From Pyrobaculum aerophilum str. IM2 (GTDB lineage: Archaea > Thermoproteota > Thermoprotei > Thermoproteales > Thermoproteaceae), in contig NC_003364.1 of the NCBI RefSeq assembly GCF_000007225.1, positions 420,001-452,000 on the forward strand: DNA of 32,000 nucleotides, written 5' to 3'. Below the pieces are notes generated by a model. The model was given only the letters and a program-made list of their open reading frames with translations. It ran no database searches and was not told the DNA's origin. Made by a program: the position numbers and the translations under genes. Each line of letters opens with the position of its first letter. The stretch's first letter is position 1. Shown here in pieces: positions 16,657-25,732 of this stretch.

Positions 16657-17817
16657 TTAGCTTTCTCTATTGTTACGCAGTATGGGCACTAGGACGACGT
16701 CGCCAATACGCAACCCCTTGGCGCCGCTATTGGCACTAGCTTTAATTATGTCATAACCGGGCACTTGTAAAAACAGAACAGCCTTGAGGGCCTCAATGCC
16801 GAATCCCGTAAGCGCCGACACGGGGACAAACCAAGTAAAGTACTTTTCTAGCCCTCTGCGTATGTCTCTCACCTTCTCAACGCTTATCTTATCCACTTTA
16901 TTCAAAACGGGGATTATCCTCTCCCGCCCTATCCCGACCTCTCCCAAAGTCTTTACAGAGGTCTCTACTTTTCTAGTAATTTCTTCCAAAGGCTCAGAGC
17001 CGTCAATAACTAGTAATATTCTGTCGGCGTCTATAATCTCCTGTAATGTTGAATAAAAAGACTCTATTAACAACGGCGGTAAATCGTCTATAAAGCCAAT
17101 TGTGTCAGTCAAGACAATTCTCTTTCCCCAGAGATCCAGCGCCCTGCTGTAAGTTTCGAGAGTAGCAAAGGGCCTGCCGTCTACAAGCTTATTCTCATTT
17201 ACTAGACTGTTGAAAAGCGTTGTCTTCCCAGCACTTGTATAACCAGTTAAGACGACCTCTGGAACGCCCTTCTCCTTCCTCTTCATTATGTGCATTGCCC
17301 TCCCCCTTTTAATCTCTTCTAACTTCCTTCTAATAGTGGAAATCCGCCTTACCATGTGGCGGTAATACGCGTCGATTACATACTCGCCGGCGCCCATAAA
17401 GCCCAGCTGCTCTCCCATCTTGGCCCTCCGCAAGTACTCCTTGACTTTGGGCAGTTCGTACCTCAGCCTTGCGAGCTCTATCTGTAACTTCGACTCCAAA
17501 CTGCCAGCTCTCTTATCAAAGATCATGAGAATTACAAAGACTCTGTCAATAACCTTCCGCCGAAAGAGCCTCTCTAAGTTGAAGACTTGTAAAGGGGTTA
17601 AGCTGTGATACGCCACAAAGACGTCGAAATCCTTATTTGCGATTTCCTTCGCCTTGCCCGATCCTAAGTAAAACCTCGTGTCTGCCCTACCGAATTGTGT
17701 GACTACCTCCGCAACTTCAAATCCGGCGACTTCTACTAGCGATAAAAACTCCTCTAGCTTATAGCCGAGATTAGGCGTCTTCGGGCCGACATAAGCTAAA
17801 AGCGCCTTATTTCTCAC
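16657..17817 (-). CDS. hflX: GTPase HflX
   Basis: The HflX N-domain and linker helices are present. G1 is GYTSAGKTTLFN, G3 is DTIGF, and G4 is NKVD. Confidence 0.85.
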   Translation of the reverse strand: MRNKALLAYVGPKTPNLGYKLEEFLSLVEVAGFEVAEVVTQFGRADTRFYLGSGKAKEIANKDFDVFVAYHSLTPLQVFNLERLFRRKVIDRVFVILMIFDKRAGSLESKLQIELARLRYELPKVKEYLRRAKMGEQLGFMGAGEYVIDAYYRHMVRRISTIRRKLEEIKRGRAMHIMKRKEKGVPEVVLTGYTSAGKTTLFNSLVNENKLVDGRPFATLETYSRALDLWGKRIVLTDTIGFIDDLPPLLIESFYSTLQEIIDADRILLVIDGSEPLEEITRKVETSVKTLGEVGIGRERIIPVLNKVDKISVEKVRDIRRGLEKYFTWFVPVSALTGFGIEALKAVLFLQVPGYDIIKASANSGAKGLRIGDVVLVPILRNNRES

Positions 17818-18292
17818 CGTCTTCTCTTATTTCTGCAATTTCGCCAAGAGTTAAACCCTTTTCCAACCTCCCCTCGGCCTTGGCGCCGCCCTCCTCCCGC
17901 GCTTCCACTAATAGCCTAATGCCTAATGCCTTTTCTAATTTTTTAGCAAGTGAAAAATCTGGTTGCAACTGTCCAGCCTCAATCCTCCTCAGTACAGTCT
18001 CTTTAACGCCTAACATGGCGGCGAGAGTCTCCCTGGACAAACCGAGGTTCTCCCTAGCCCTCTTGATAATGTCGGCATAATTCTCTACAAGTTCCATTTC
18101 TAACGGCAACTGGCGCGGAGCCGCCTTAGGCCTCTGTAGCACAGGCCTTTTCTGCTGTTGCTGAGGCGGTGGCGGCAAAACCTTTTTCCCATAGCGCGTT
18201 GCACAACTTCTACAGACATACAATACCGCCTTATCTACCTCCACAGGTATCGGCTCGCCTTCTATAGGCCGGCCGCATATTTCACAATACAC
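17807..18292 (-). CDS. mbf1: Archaeal multiprotein bridging factor 1 (Zn ribbon plus XRE-type HTH)
   Basis: CEICGRP ... CRSCATRYG is followed by a P/Q linker and then the HTH LGLSRETLAAMLGVKETVLRRIEAG. GTG start. It overlaps hflX by 11 nt. Confidence 0.8.
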   Translation of the reverse strand: MYCEICGRPIEGEPIPVEVDKAVLYVCRSCATRYGKKVLPPPPQQQQKRPVLQRPKAAPRQLPLEMELVENYADIIKRARENLGLSRETLAAMLGVKETVLRRIEAGQLQPDFSLAKKLEKALGIRLLVEAREEGGAKAEGRLEKGLTLGEIAEIREDGEK

Positions 18293-18310
18293 ATCTCGCT
18301 ATGAAGAGGC

Positions 18311-18320
18311 ATATAAAAAC
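18311..18320. promoter_or_regulatory. Shared divergent TATA element for mbf1 and the PUA gene
   Basis: ATATAAAAAC / GTTTTTATAT lies about 22-25 nt from the mbf1 GTG (18292) and about 20-25 nt from the in-frame GTG at 18337 of the PUA gene. Confidence 0.45.
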
Positions 18321-18336
18321 ATTCGTATTTTTCTCC

Positions 18337-18792
18337 GTGGCCCTTAATGTCGTGCAAATAATTGCCTATTTGTACGGGAGGGAAGTCGCCGAGAGACTCG
18401 CCGGTCGCAAGATTAATATCAAGTATAATAAGGAGGGGCGCATTAGATATGTGTACGTAGATGGCGAGTTGGCTTTTGTCATGCGCAATAACGACGGCTA
18501 CCTCCTCCCCACGCTTTATGGGGCAACGCTACTAGACAGAAGAGTTGTAATAAGCCGCGAGGCGGCAGAGTATGTAAAACAGGGACGAAACGTCCCCGCG
18601 AAGTACGTGATAGAGGCGGCGCCACATGCCAGACCAAACGGCGAAGTCGCAGTAGTGGATCCAGAGGGCCTTATTGTGGCGGTGGGAAGGCTGATCTACA
18701 GTAAAAAAGAGATCACGTTAAAAAGGGGCTACGCCATTAAAGTAAGAGAGTCGTTAAAAGACGTCAAAGGGCAGAGAGCGCTTCCTCAATAG
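18337..18792 (+). CDS. Stand-alone pre-PUA plus PUA domain RNA-binding protein (resembles the ArcTGT C2+C3 domains)
   Basis: VVQIIAYLYGREVAERL resembles the ...ADYQFG... pre-PUA motif. The PUA core is GRNVPAKYVIEAAPHARPNGEVAVVDPEGLIVAVGRL ... GYAIKVRE. The ORF-track start at 18301 sits only 8 nt from mbf1 and inside the TATA box, so the GTG at 18337 is preferred. Confidence 0.7.
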   Translation: MALNVVQIIAYLYGREVAERLAGRKINIKYNKEGRIRYVYVDGELAFVMRNNDGYLLPTLYGATLLDRRVVISREAAEYVKQGRNVPAKYVIEAAPHARPNGEVAVVDPEGLIVAVGRLIYSKKEITLKRGYAIKVRESLKDVKGQRALPQ

Positions 18793-19039
18793 TCTTGTAT
18801 TCGCCAAGGAGTTCCGAGCCTCTATATACCTCCACTTTTCGCAAGACACATTGTTGTAGTATATTCTGCGGCGTGACGCCTGGGAATACCCTAGACCACG
18901 GCGCTGGCTTGCCCTCCTCATCCAGCGCTTTAATCTCCCTGTCAATGCCAACTTTTCCACGGCACTTTACAAAGTATAGCACAAAACGCACGCCACGGCT
19001 TCTAGAGGCTTCTACCAGTCGCTCAAACAGCTTCAGCAT
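18764..19039 (-). CDS. Hypothetical protein (91 aa)
   Basis: Its composition is protein-like compared with the S/T-rich antisense ORF. It overlaps the upstream EndA-like gene by 17 nt, which suggests coupling. No family was recognised. Confidence 0.45.
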   Translation of the reverse strand: MLKLFERLVEASRSRGVRFVLYFVKCRGKVGIDREIKALDEEGKPAPWSRVFPGVTPQNILQQCVLRKVEVYRGSELLGEYKTIEEALSAL

Positions 19040-19319
19040 AAATATTGCGGGGCAGGCGGATTTTCCTCACGTAATAATAAGTGACAGTGCCGTCGTTACT
19101 GACTAAGGCTAAAACCACAGGCATGGAGAGGGTCTCACCCATGTTTATAACACTTAACAGCGTTTGAATAGTGACCTCAACTCCCTCGACCATCACGTAA
19201 AATAAGTACCTCTCTTTCTTCTCTGCAATGAATATCTTATCGTCTAGCTGTTCTATTATTTTAAAGCCCCTAGACTTGAGATCTTTAAACACTTGCTCTT
19301 GAAGCACGTCCACTATCAA
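19023..19319 (-). CDS. tRNA-splicing endonuclease-like structural (non-catalytic) subunit
   Basis: VFKDLKSRGFKI ... YLFYVMV ... PVVLALVSNDGTVTYYYVRKI parallels the EndA C-terminal domain (vYkDLr.rGy.v ... HS.YLV.V ... llAiVD.dG.i.YY). The catalytic Tyr, His and Lys positions are not conserved. Only 98 aa. TTG or GTG start. Confidence 0.5.
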   Translation of the reverse strand: MIVDVLQEQVFKDLKSRGFKIIEQLDDKIFIAEKKERYLFYVMVEGVEVTIQTLLSVINMGETLSMPVVLALVSNDGTVTYYYVRKIRLPRNIYAEAV

Positions 19320-19521
19320 GGCGGCTCTCCGCCTTTTTAAGTTTTCAGAAACGTGCTACCAGCCATTTTCCATAAAAACGCAACCTACGTCAACTAGCTA
19401 TTAAAGCACTACCGCCGAGCGGCTACTTAACGTAAACGGTAGACAAATGGCGGAGGAGTCGTTGTTGAGATCTAGCTCTACGGCGTTGGTAAATTTTATA
19501 TACCGCATCCAATAAAGGCCC

Positions 19522-19764
19522 ATGGCCTCGGATATATCTAAATGCTTTGCCACACTTGGCGCAACATTACAGGACTCGATAGGTAAGCAGGTACTCGTAA
19601 AGCTGAGAGATAGCCACGAAATAAGGGGGATTTTGCGCTCCTTTGACCAACACGTCAACTTATTGCTAGAAGATGCAGAAGAAATAATTGACGGAAATGT
19701 GTACAAAAGGGGCACTATGGTAGTGAGAGGAGAGAACGTACTCTTTATTTCACCAGTACCATGA
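19522..19764 (+). CDS. Sm-like archaeal protein (SmAP/LSm)
   Basis: Sm1 and Sm2 motifs are present: [31 protein letters not shown] ... [22 protein letters not shown] lies about 25 nt upstream of the ATG. Confidence 0.85.
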   Translation: MASDISKCFATLGATLQDSIGKQVLVKLRDSHEIRGILRSFDQHVNLLLEDAEEIIDGNVYKRGTMVVRGENVLFISPVP

Positions 19765-19919
19765 AAGGCACTCCTTCAATGGGCAAGCACAACAGGGGAA
19801 AGACGCATATTAGATGTCCGCGATGCGGTAGGCATTCGTATAACGTTACTAAAAAATACTGCGCATCTTGTGGATGGGGGCGGAGTAAGAGATGGAGAAA
19901 ATATAACTGGGCTAAGTAA
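19761..19919 (+). CDS. rpl37e: Ribosomal protein eL37 (L37e); absent from the ORF track because it is 52 aa
   Basis: Hand translation gives [54 protein letters not shown]4 zinc ribbon is present. An ATGA overlap links it to the Sm stop, the conserved Sm-L37e pairing. Confidence 0.85.
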   Translation: MKGTPSMGKHNRGKTHIRCPRCGRHSYNVTKKYCASCGWGRSKRWRKYNWAK

Positions 19920-19957
19920 TTTAAAAGCGGGTGGAGATGGCCCGTCATCGCTGATAA

Positions 19958-20584
19958 GTGATTGAAAATTCGGGTGCTGACATGAGCTTATCGGATTTCC
20001 CGGCCTCTATAGTTGTCCTTTACATTGTTGTAGATCCCGTTGGCAACATACCACTCTTCATGGCAATAACCTCTAAACTCGATCCAACGCGCAGGCGGAG
20101 GGTGCTCGTTTTGTCAGTAATAATCGCCGGGGGTATTCTGTCGCTATTTGCACTATTCGGCGTGGGGTTTTTAGAATACTTTGGTGTTGGCATGGCTGAT
20201 TTCATGATAGCCAGCGGCCTTATACTCACGACGTTTTCGCTCTATTACCTCTTAAGGCCGTATGAACAGGCGCCGGTATCAGAGGGCGTAGAAGTGGCCG
20301 TAGTGCCTCTTGCAGTACCCTTTTTGGCAGGGCCTGCTTCAATTTCCTATGTGCTCATAATTTCAAAACAGCTGGGTCCTTTCTTAGCTCTGGCTACAGT
20401 ACTTATCGTGTCGTTCCTCACGCTGGCAACACTGGCTATGTCTAATTTTCTATTGAGAATCCTCGGCTTTCTGGGGCTCAGGTTATTGGAGAAAATTATG
20501 CTTATTCTAAGCGTCGCTATAGGCGTCTCGCTAGTGCGGAGGGGGCTGTTGATGATAGAGACATTCACTTATAAATATGCATAA
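19958..20584 (+). CDS. MarC-family (UPF0056) integral membrane protein
   Basis: The N-terminus is VVLYIVVDPVGNIPLFMAITS, with about 6 TM segments. The true start may be the ATG at 19982 (MSLSDF...). Confidence 0.65.
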   Translation: MIENSGADMSLSDFPASIVVLYIVVDPVGNIPLFMAITSKLDPTRRRRVLVLSVIIAGGILSLFALFGVGFLEYFGVGMADFMIASGLILTTFSLYYLLRPYEQAPVSEGVEVAVVPLAVPFLAGPASISYVLIISKQLGPFLALATVLIVSFLTLATLAMSNFLLRILGFLGLRLLEKIMLILSVAIGVSLVRRGLLMIETFTYKYA

Positions 20585-20596
20585 CATTTATTTACT

Positions 20597-21520
20597 GTGC
20601 CTGTCAAGGTAAATATCCGCGGCCAAGCCGCTGCGCCTGGTTCTCTTGCCGATTCGTTAAAAGACGTTAAATTAAAACTCGTCACTATCTCGGGGAAAGG
20701 AGGCGTCGGCAAGTCCCTCGTAACTACGTCAATAGCCGTCGGCTTCGCAATGAGAGGGTATAGAGTGGGAATACTCGACGGGGATGTGTACGGCCCCACC
20801 GTGCCGAAGATGTTAGGCCTTTCCGACAGTACTCTATACGTAGACCAGAAAACGGGCAGGATAATACCCGTAGTAGGGCCTCTTGGTATAAAAGTCGTGT
20901 CTATAGAATTCGCCCTACCGGGAGACGACACTGCGGTCATATGGAGGGCGCCGCTTGTAAATCAAGCGTTGAGGGATTTTATTTCACAAGTCGAATGGGG
21001 GCCTCTAGACGTTCTTGTAGTTGACTTGCCCCCAGGCACTGGCGATGCCCCGTTAACAATAGCCCAGAGCTTACAAGGCGGGCTTGACGGGAGCGTAATT
21101 GTGACAATACCCACTGAGATATCTCGGAGGATAGTCCTCAAGTCAATTGACTTCTCCAGAAAGCTTAATATCAAAGTAGCCGGAGTTGTCGAGAATATGT
21201 GTTGTTTTAAGTGTCCAGACAACGGTAAGGTGTATTACATCTTCGGCAAAGATGCCGGCAAGAGAATTGCCGAAGCGGCGGGAGTTCCCTTCCTGGGGGG
21301 AATTCCCATAGACCCTGAATTTTCACAGTATCTAGACTCAGGCAGGTTGCATGAATTTCTGGGAAAGGATAACGAAACTGCGAAGGCAGTATTGGCAATT
21401 TCCGACAAACTCATTGAAATGTATAAAGATAAACTGAGCCAGCAGACCGTTCCGAAGGAAAAGCCTAAGAGAATTTCCTTGCTTAAGCTACCAGGCGAGG
21501 AAGAAAAGGAAAACTACTGA
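20597..21520 (+). CDS. Mrp/NBP35/ApbC-family Fe-S cluster carrier ATPase
   Basis: The deviant Walker A is SGKGGVGKS, and DLPPGTGD and a CCFKCPD cysteine motif are present. GTG start. Confidence 0.8.
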   Translation: MPVKVNIRGQAAAPGSLADSLKDVKLKLVTISGKGGVGKSLVTTSIAVGFAMRGYRVGILDGDVYGPTVPKMLGLSDSTLYVDQKTGRIIPVVGPLGIKVVSIEFALPGDDTAVIWRAPLVNQALRDFISQVEWGPLDVLVVDLPPGTGDAPLTIAQSLQGGLDGSVIVTIPTEISRRIVLKSIDFSRKLNIKVAGVVENMCCFKCPDNGKVYYIFGKDAGKRIAEAAGVPFLGGIPIDPEFSQYLDSGRLHEFLGKDNETAKAVLAISDKLIEMYKDKLSQQTVPKEKPKRISLLKLPGEEEKENY

Positions 21521-21897
21521 GACGGCTTTAGGCTAAATACGTTTGGCAACAGCTCCGAGAGGCGTTGTGTGATGACCTTTTTCCTGCTCGCCATTACAAT
21601 TAAGGCGTTTGGGTTAAATTCGGCTATCACCTGCCTGCACGCGCCACAAGGCGGCGTGGGCTCGTCTGTATCTGTGTAAATAATTACAGTATCTATGTCG
21701 CGATCGCCCTCCGATACGGCCTTAAAAACGGCAACGCGCTCTGCGCATATAGTAAGGCCGTATGAGGCATTTTCTATATTTACGCCAGTATATATTTTCC
21801 CGCTTTTCGTCTTGACTATAGACGCCACTTTAAACTTCGAGTAGGGGGCATATGCTCTGTCGATTATATTGGTAGCTATTTTGACAAGATCTTCCAC
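21514..21897 (-). CDS. cdd: Cytidine deaminase
   Basis: The zinc motifs are CAERVAVFKA and PCGACRQVIAEF. Length is 127 aa with a GTG start. Confidence 0.85.
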   Translation of the reverse strand: MEDLVKIATNIIDRAYAPYSKFKVASIVKTKSGKIYTGVNIENASYGLTICAERVAVFKAVSEGDRDIDTVIIYTDTDEPTPPCGACRQVIAEFNPNALIVMASRKKVITQRLSELLPNVFSLKPSQ

Positions 21898-21934
21898 GGC
21901 ATAGTTTTATAAATAGAATTTAAGGATTGGCCGC

Positions 21935-22873
21935 GTGCCAACCGCCGAGGAGATTAGAAGGAGAATTATAGAACACGGCCTCTCAATACGCGATAGGGTA
22001 ATTGCCACTATGCCACAGAGATATAGCCTTATGGTGGAACAGATTAGATCTATTGCCAGATCCTATAGGGGGGACTTTGATACTTTTCTCACTAATTTGT
22101 CGAGTATAAAGGGCTTGGATTTATTAGTAATATATACAGCACTGTTAGCCGTTTTGAGTAAACACAAATCTCTTAGCGATGAGGAGATATTAAAAATCGG
22201 CGACTCTTTTGATAGACACATATATGATGTTTTCTCGGCATCAAAAGCGCGAAGAGCTCTTGAAGAGGCTGGAGTTGAGAAAGAGATTGCAAATGATGTT
22301 ATTTCTGGCGTCGTAAAGGCGCTGAACTTAATAAACAATAAATATAACTCTCCCTACTTGTGGATAGCCGAACAACGCAGAATTGAGCGCTTTGAAAACA
22401 GCGTTAGGGAGGTATTGTTTCGCAATGAAGGCGGCAATAGAGTGGGTAGGGGGGTTAAGTTATTCCTCCGCCTTTTTATCCACGACACAAATATTCCCTT
22501 GGCGGTTAGAATTGCATATACTCAAGAGAATAAAAAATATATACTCCACGGCGATATGTATACTGCGTTAGTTACGCTTAGATCTGGCGCGTTTGAAGAC
22601 GTTGCCTCAATTACTGCCGAAAGAGTAAAGGCGCGGGTCGCAAAGAGGCTTCTGTGCGAGGCTAAAGAGGGCGGCGCGAGGTGTAAAGACGTAGTTATGC
22701 GGTTAGAAAGCATACGCGGCTTAGTGAGATACGTGGGTAAAATCAGCGGTGATCCAATTGTATACGAACGCGGCGCTTACGACATCGGCTACAGATACTG
22801 CAGAGATCTTAAATGCGAGGCGTGTCCTATAAACGACGTGTGTAAACGCTATACTTTTATCAAGCTGAAATAA
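21935..22873 (+). CDS. Divergent HhH-GPD / endonuclease III-superfamily-like protein with a C-terminal Cys cluster
   Basis: VGRGVKLFLRLFIHD ... ILHGDMYTALVTLRSG resembles the HhH-GPD region. The C-terminal CRDLKCEACPINDVC (C-x4-C-x2-C-x5-C) resembles an Fe-S cluster loop. The assignment is tentative. Confidence 0.35.
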   Translation: MPTAEEIRRRIIEHGLSIRDRVIATMPQRYSLMVEQIRSIARSYRGDFDTFLTNLSSIKGLDLLVIYTALLAVLSKHKSLSDEEILKIGDSFDRHIYDVFSASKARRALEEAGVEKEIANDVISGVVKALNLINNKYNSPYLWIAEQRRIERFENSVREVLFRNEGGNRVGRGVKLFLRLFIHDTNIPLAVRIAYTQENKKYILHGDMYTALVTLRSGAFEDVASITAERVKARVAKRLLCEAKEGGARCKDVVMRLESIRGLVRYVGKISGDPIVYERGAYDIGYRYCRDLKCEACPINDVCKRYTFIKLK

Positions 22874-22903
22874 TAGTTATATACTTAAATAAAGCGCTCT
22901 CAC

Positions 22904-23686
22904 ATGTTGCTTAAAGATAGGGTAAGTATCGTCACAGCTGCCAGCCGGGGGATTGGCGCAGGCGTCGCTACTGTGCTCGCGAGAGAGGGATCTAATCTCG
23001 TCATAGCCGCCAGAAATCTGGAGAGGCTGGAAGGATTGGCAAAACAGTTGTCAAGTCAGTACGGAGTATCTGTAGTGCCTGTGCAAGCTGATTTGACTAG
23101 AAGAGAAGACGTTCGGAAAATAGTCGACGAAGCCTTACGTCATTTTGGCAAAGTAGATATACTGGCATACAACACGGGCCCTCCCAAGCCTGGGACCTTC
23201 CTCGAGCTTACTGAAGACGATTGGGATTACGGAGTGAGGCTTTTGCTCATGAGCGCCGTGTGGATAACAAAAGACGTATTGCCGTATATGATTGAGAGGA
23301 GGTGGGGCCGTTTAATATACATAACCTCTTCTACGTTAAAACAGCCAATCCCTACCCTGACGCTTTCAAACGTCATTAGGATCTCATTGGCAGGACTTGT
23401 GAAGACGTTGGCCTACCAGCTTGGCAAATACAACATTCTAGTCAACGGCATAATGCAAGGCTATATAGACACGGAGAGAGTGCGCGAAGTGGCTGAGGCA
23501 AGGGCCAAGAGAGAGGGCCGTAGCCTCGATGAAATCTTAAGGGAACTTGAAAGGGAAATTCCACTAGGGAGAATTGGCAAGCCTGAGGAAATCGGAGAGT
23601 TAGTTGCCTTTCTCGCATCTGAAAAAGCCAGCTATATCACAGGCTCTCTAATTCTTATCGACGGGGGGAGGACGTTATGTATATAA
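22904..23686 (+). CDS. Short-chain dehydrogenase/reductase (SDR)
   Basis: The cofactor motif is [11 protein letters not shown] Rossmann fold is present, and the C-terminus is [14 protein letters not shown]. Confidence 0.8.
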   Translation: MLLKDRVSIVTAASRGIGAGVATVLAREGSNLVIAARNLERLEGLAKQLSSQYGVSVVPVQADLTRREDVRKIVDEALRHFGKVDILAYNTGPPKPGTFLELTEDDWDYGVRLLLMSAVWITKDVLPYMIERRWGRLIYITSSTLKQPIPTLTLSNVIRISLAGLVKTLAYQLGKYNILVNGIMQGYIDTERVREVAEARAKREGRSLDEILRELEREIPLGRIGKPEEIGELVAFLASEKASYITGSLILIDGGRTLCI

Positions 23687-24967
23687 ATTTAACGAGTAAA
23701 ATATCTTATCAATAATTTCTTTATCTATTTTGAATCCATACTTAATTTCTATGAATGTTTTTCTAAATTCAACAACTTCACGCTTTACTGCAGTGGGGTC
23801 CTCGCCTTTTAGTACTCTTGCTATGAACTTGGCTATTTCCTTCATCTCGCCCTTCCCCATGCCGAAACGCGTCATTTCTTGTACCCCCATTCTAATGCCG
23901 CTGGGTTTTAAGACGCTTTTATCCCAAGGAAGGGCGTTTTTATTGACAATTATATTGGCCTCCTCTAATAGCCTAGCAACTTTATCCCCTCCGCCGAATT
24001 TAGAGACATCAACAGCCACCTGATGCGTCTTTGTGTAGCCGAGCCGCTCCCCCACGGGGGTTACTCCCTCCTCGGCCAGCGCCTCAGCCAAGGCCTTGGC
24101 GTTTTCCACGATTCTTGCGCCGTACTCTGCACCGAAGTGTTCCATCTCTATTAATGTGACATACGTAGCGGCGTATCTGTGTAGGTGATAGTTAGACGTA
24201 AACACTGGGAAAACAGCCCTTTGGATGGCGTTGTTTAACTCCTCGTCCGTGACCGAGGCTATTAATCCTCCCTGCGGGCCTGGAAACGTTTTGTGTGTTG
24301 ACGACGTGATTACGTGTGCGCCTTCTTTTAACGGGTTGGGGAAGACTCCCCCTATTATTAAGCCAAAGACATGCGCCGAGTCGTGGAGGACGTAAGCGCC
24401 GACGGCCTTCGCCGCGTTTGCTATTTCTCTTACTGGGTGGGGGAAGAGGTATAGGGACGCGCCTAATATTATGAGGTTTGGCCTCTTTTCTTCAATAATT
24501 TTCCGCGCGGCGTCTATGTCTATATTAAAATTCTCAAAATCCCAGGGCAACTCCACTGTTTTTACTCTAAGTGCTTTAAGCCCGCCTACTGTGTTGTGAC
24601 TTATGTGGCCGCCGTATTTTACAGGCAGGGAGGCCACAATTCCGCCCTCTGGCACTAACGCGTGGTACGTTGCCAGGTTTGCAATAGTGCCAGAGATAGG
24701 CCTCACGTCTACAAATTTTGCGTCTAAGACTTTTGCAAATCTTTTTGATAAAGAGTCCTCTAATATGTCTACATACTTCGTTCCCTGGTAATACCTATTG
24801 CCCACCGTGCCTTCGGCATATCTGCCAGCGAAATCGTTTACATAGACTAACTCTGCTAACGGAGACATCACGTTCTCGCTTGCAATTAAGTTGATGGTCT
24901 CTTTACGTCTCCATGTGTTATGTTGCAATATTATATTTAACAACTCTTCTATTTCCCGCGGAAGCAT
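23675..24967 (-). CDS. glyA: Serine hydroxymethyltransferase
   Basis: NLIASEN is present, along with the PLP-lysine motif [13 protein letters not shown]. Length is 430 aa. Confidence 0.9.
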   Translation of the reverse strand: MLPREIEELLNIILQHNTWRRKETINLIASENVMSPLAELVYVNDFAGRYAEGTVGNRYYQGTKYVDILEDSLSKRFAKVLDAKFVDVRPISGTIANLATYHALVPEGGIVASLPVKYGGHISHNTVGGLKALRVKTVELPWDFENFNIDIDAARKIIEEKRPNLIILGASLYLFPHPVREIANAAKAVGAYVLHDSAHVFGLIIGGVFPNPLKEGAHVITSSTHKTFPGPQGGLIASVTDEELNNAIQRAVFPVFTSNYHLHRYAATYVTLIEMEHFGAEYGARIVENAKALAEALAEEGVTPVGERLGYTKTHQVAVDVSKFGGGDKVARLLEEANIIVNKNALPWDKSVLKPSGIRMGVQEMTRFGMGKGEMKEIAKFIARVLKGEDPTAVKREVVEFRKTFIEIKYGFKIDKEIIDKIFYSLNLYT

Positions 24968-24997
24968 ACAGTGGCAACTCTCAGTATTAATATTTCT

Positions 24998-25732
24998 TCA
25001 ATCTAAATGTAACTCGCTAATATACGTGTAGGGGTACTGTCCGTTTTCATCTTTCTCATATTTTTTAATCATGTCCCATATGGTTAACAGCGCCACTCCA
25101 GCCGAGAATAGCGCTTCGGGAGCCGGCGTGATATCGCGGGCCTTTATAAAAGTCCTCACCTCGACGCTGTCAGAGGTTATTATTTCTATTTTAAAATGTT
25201 GTACAGAGGGACACGGCCCGCCTAGGAGTTCACAGAGCCTTTTAGCGTTAAGCGCCGCGGCTGTTTGCGCCGCATATATGGGATGCCCCTTCTCCACAGG
25301 GTTTTTCACAATATCAAGATTCACCACTTTCATTCTGCCATATGCAGAAGCTACTAGATCTCCCTCCCTAGTGATGGGGGCCTCGGAGGTATTAACGTTT
25401 TCGATGATGGGAGGCGTTGTTTGCTTCTGTTTAATCTCTACTCTTAAGTTTTCTATTTTAACGGCGCCAGATCCCAGTAAGCCGACTAAAACGCCGAATA
25501 ATACGTCCATTTCCACTCCAGTCTGCCAATGGGCAATTCCCTCTACATAAAACTTCCCATCCTTACACCACGCCGTCGCGGAGAGGGGGAGGGGGTGTAG
25601 GAATGGGAGATATCTGCTAGCCACAGTTGCGGCTTTAGCCGCCACTGCTGTATTACATTTTTTTACATCTGCATTGGCAGAGGCCCTGGCGTATCTAAAG
25701 ACATCAGGCTTTTTCGATATGTCAACTATCAT
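24998..25732 (-). CDS. MoaC-like protein built from two tandem MoaC-type domains
   Basis: The N-half carries [11 protein letters not shown] ... LPFLHPLPL ... TGVEMDVL. The C-half carries [19 protein letters not shown] ... [20 protein letters not shown]. The ATG at 25732 forms an ATGA overlap with the upstream stop; the ORF-track start is 25741. Confidence 0.6.

Noticed and set aside
18120-18185. Short CTG/GGC-rich repetitive stretch
   Set aside because: It encodes the PPPPQQQQ linker of MBF1. This is low-complexity coding sequence, not a repeat element.
18795-19106. 103-aa plus-strand ORF
   Set aside because: It is antisense to two coupled minus-strand genes, and its S/T/P-rich composition is unlike a real protein.
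19345-19490. Inverted repeats (CCGCC ... CTAC ... GTAG ... GGCGG) in the EndA-like/Sm intergenic region
   Set aside because: The stems are short (4-5 bp) and there are no ACA or box motifs. The region is already accounted for by two divergent promoters. This is too weak to call.
19401-19715. 104-aa minus-strand ORF
   Set aside because: It overlaps the Sm gene and its promoter in antisense. It is Ser-rich and has no motif.
19930-19990. CTGA / TGATTGA / CTGA motifs suggesting another C/D sRNA upstream of the MarC gene
   Set aside because: No acceptable C box lies at the required distance upstream of the first CTGA. The motifs also overlap the probable MarC start region.
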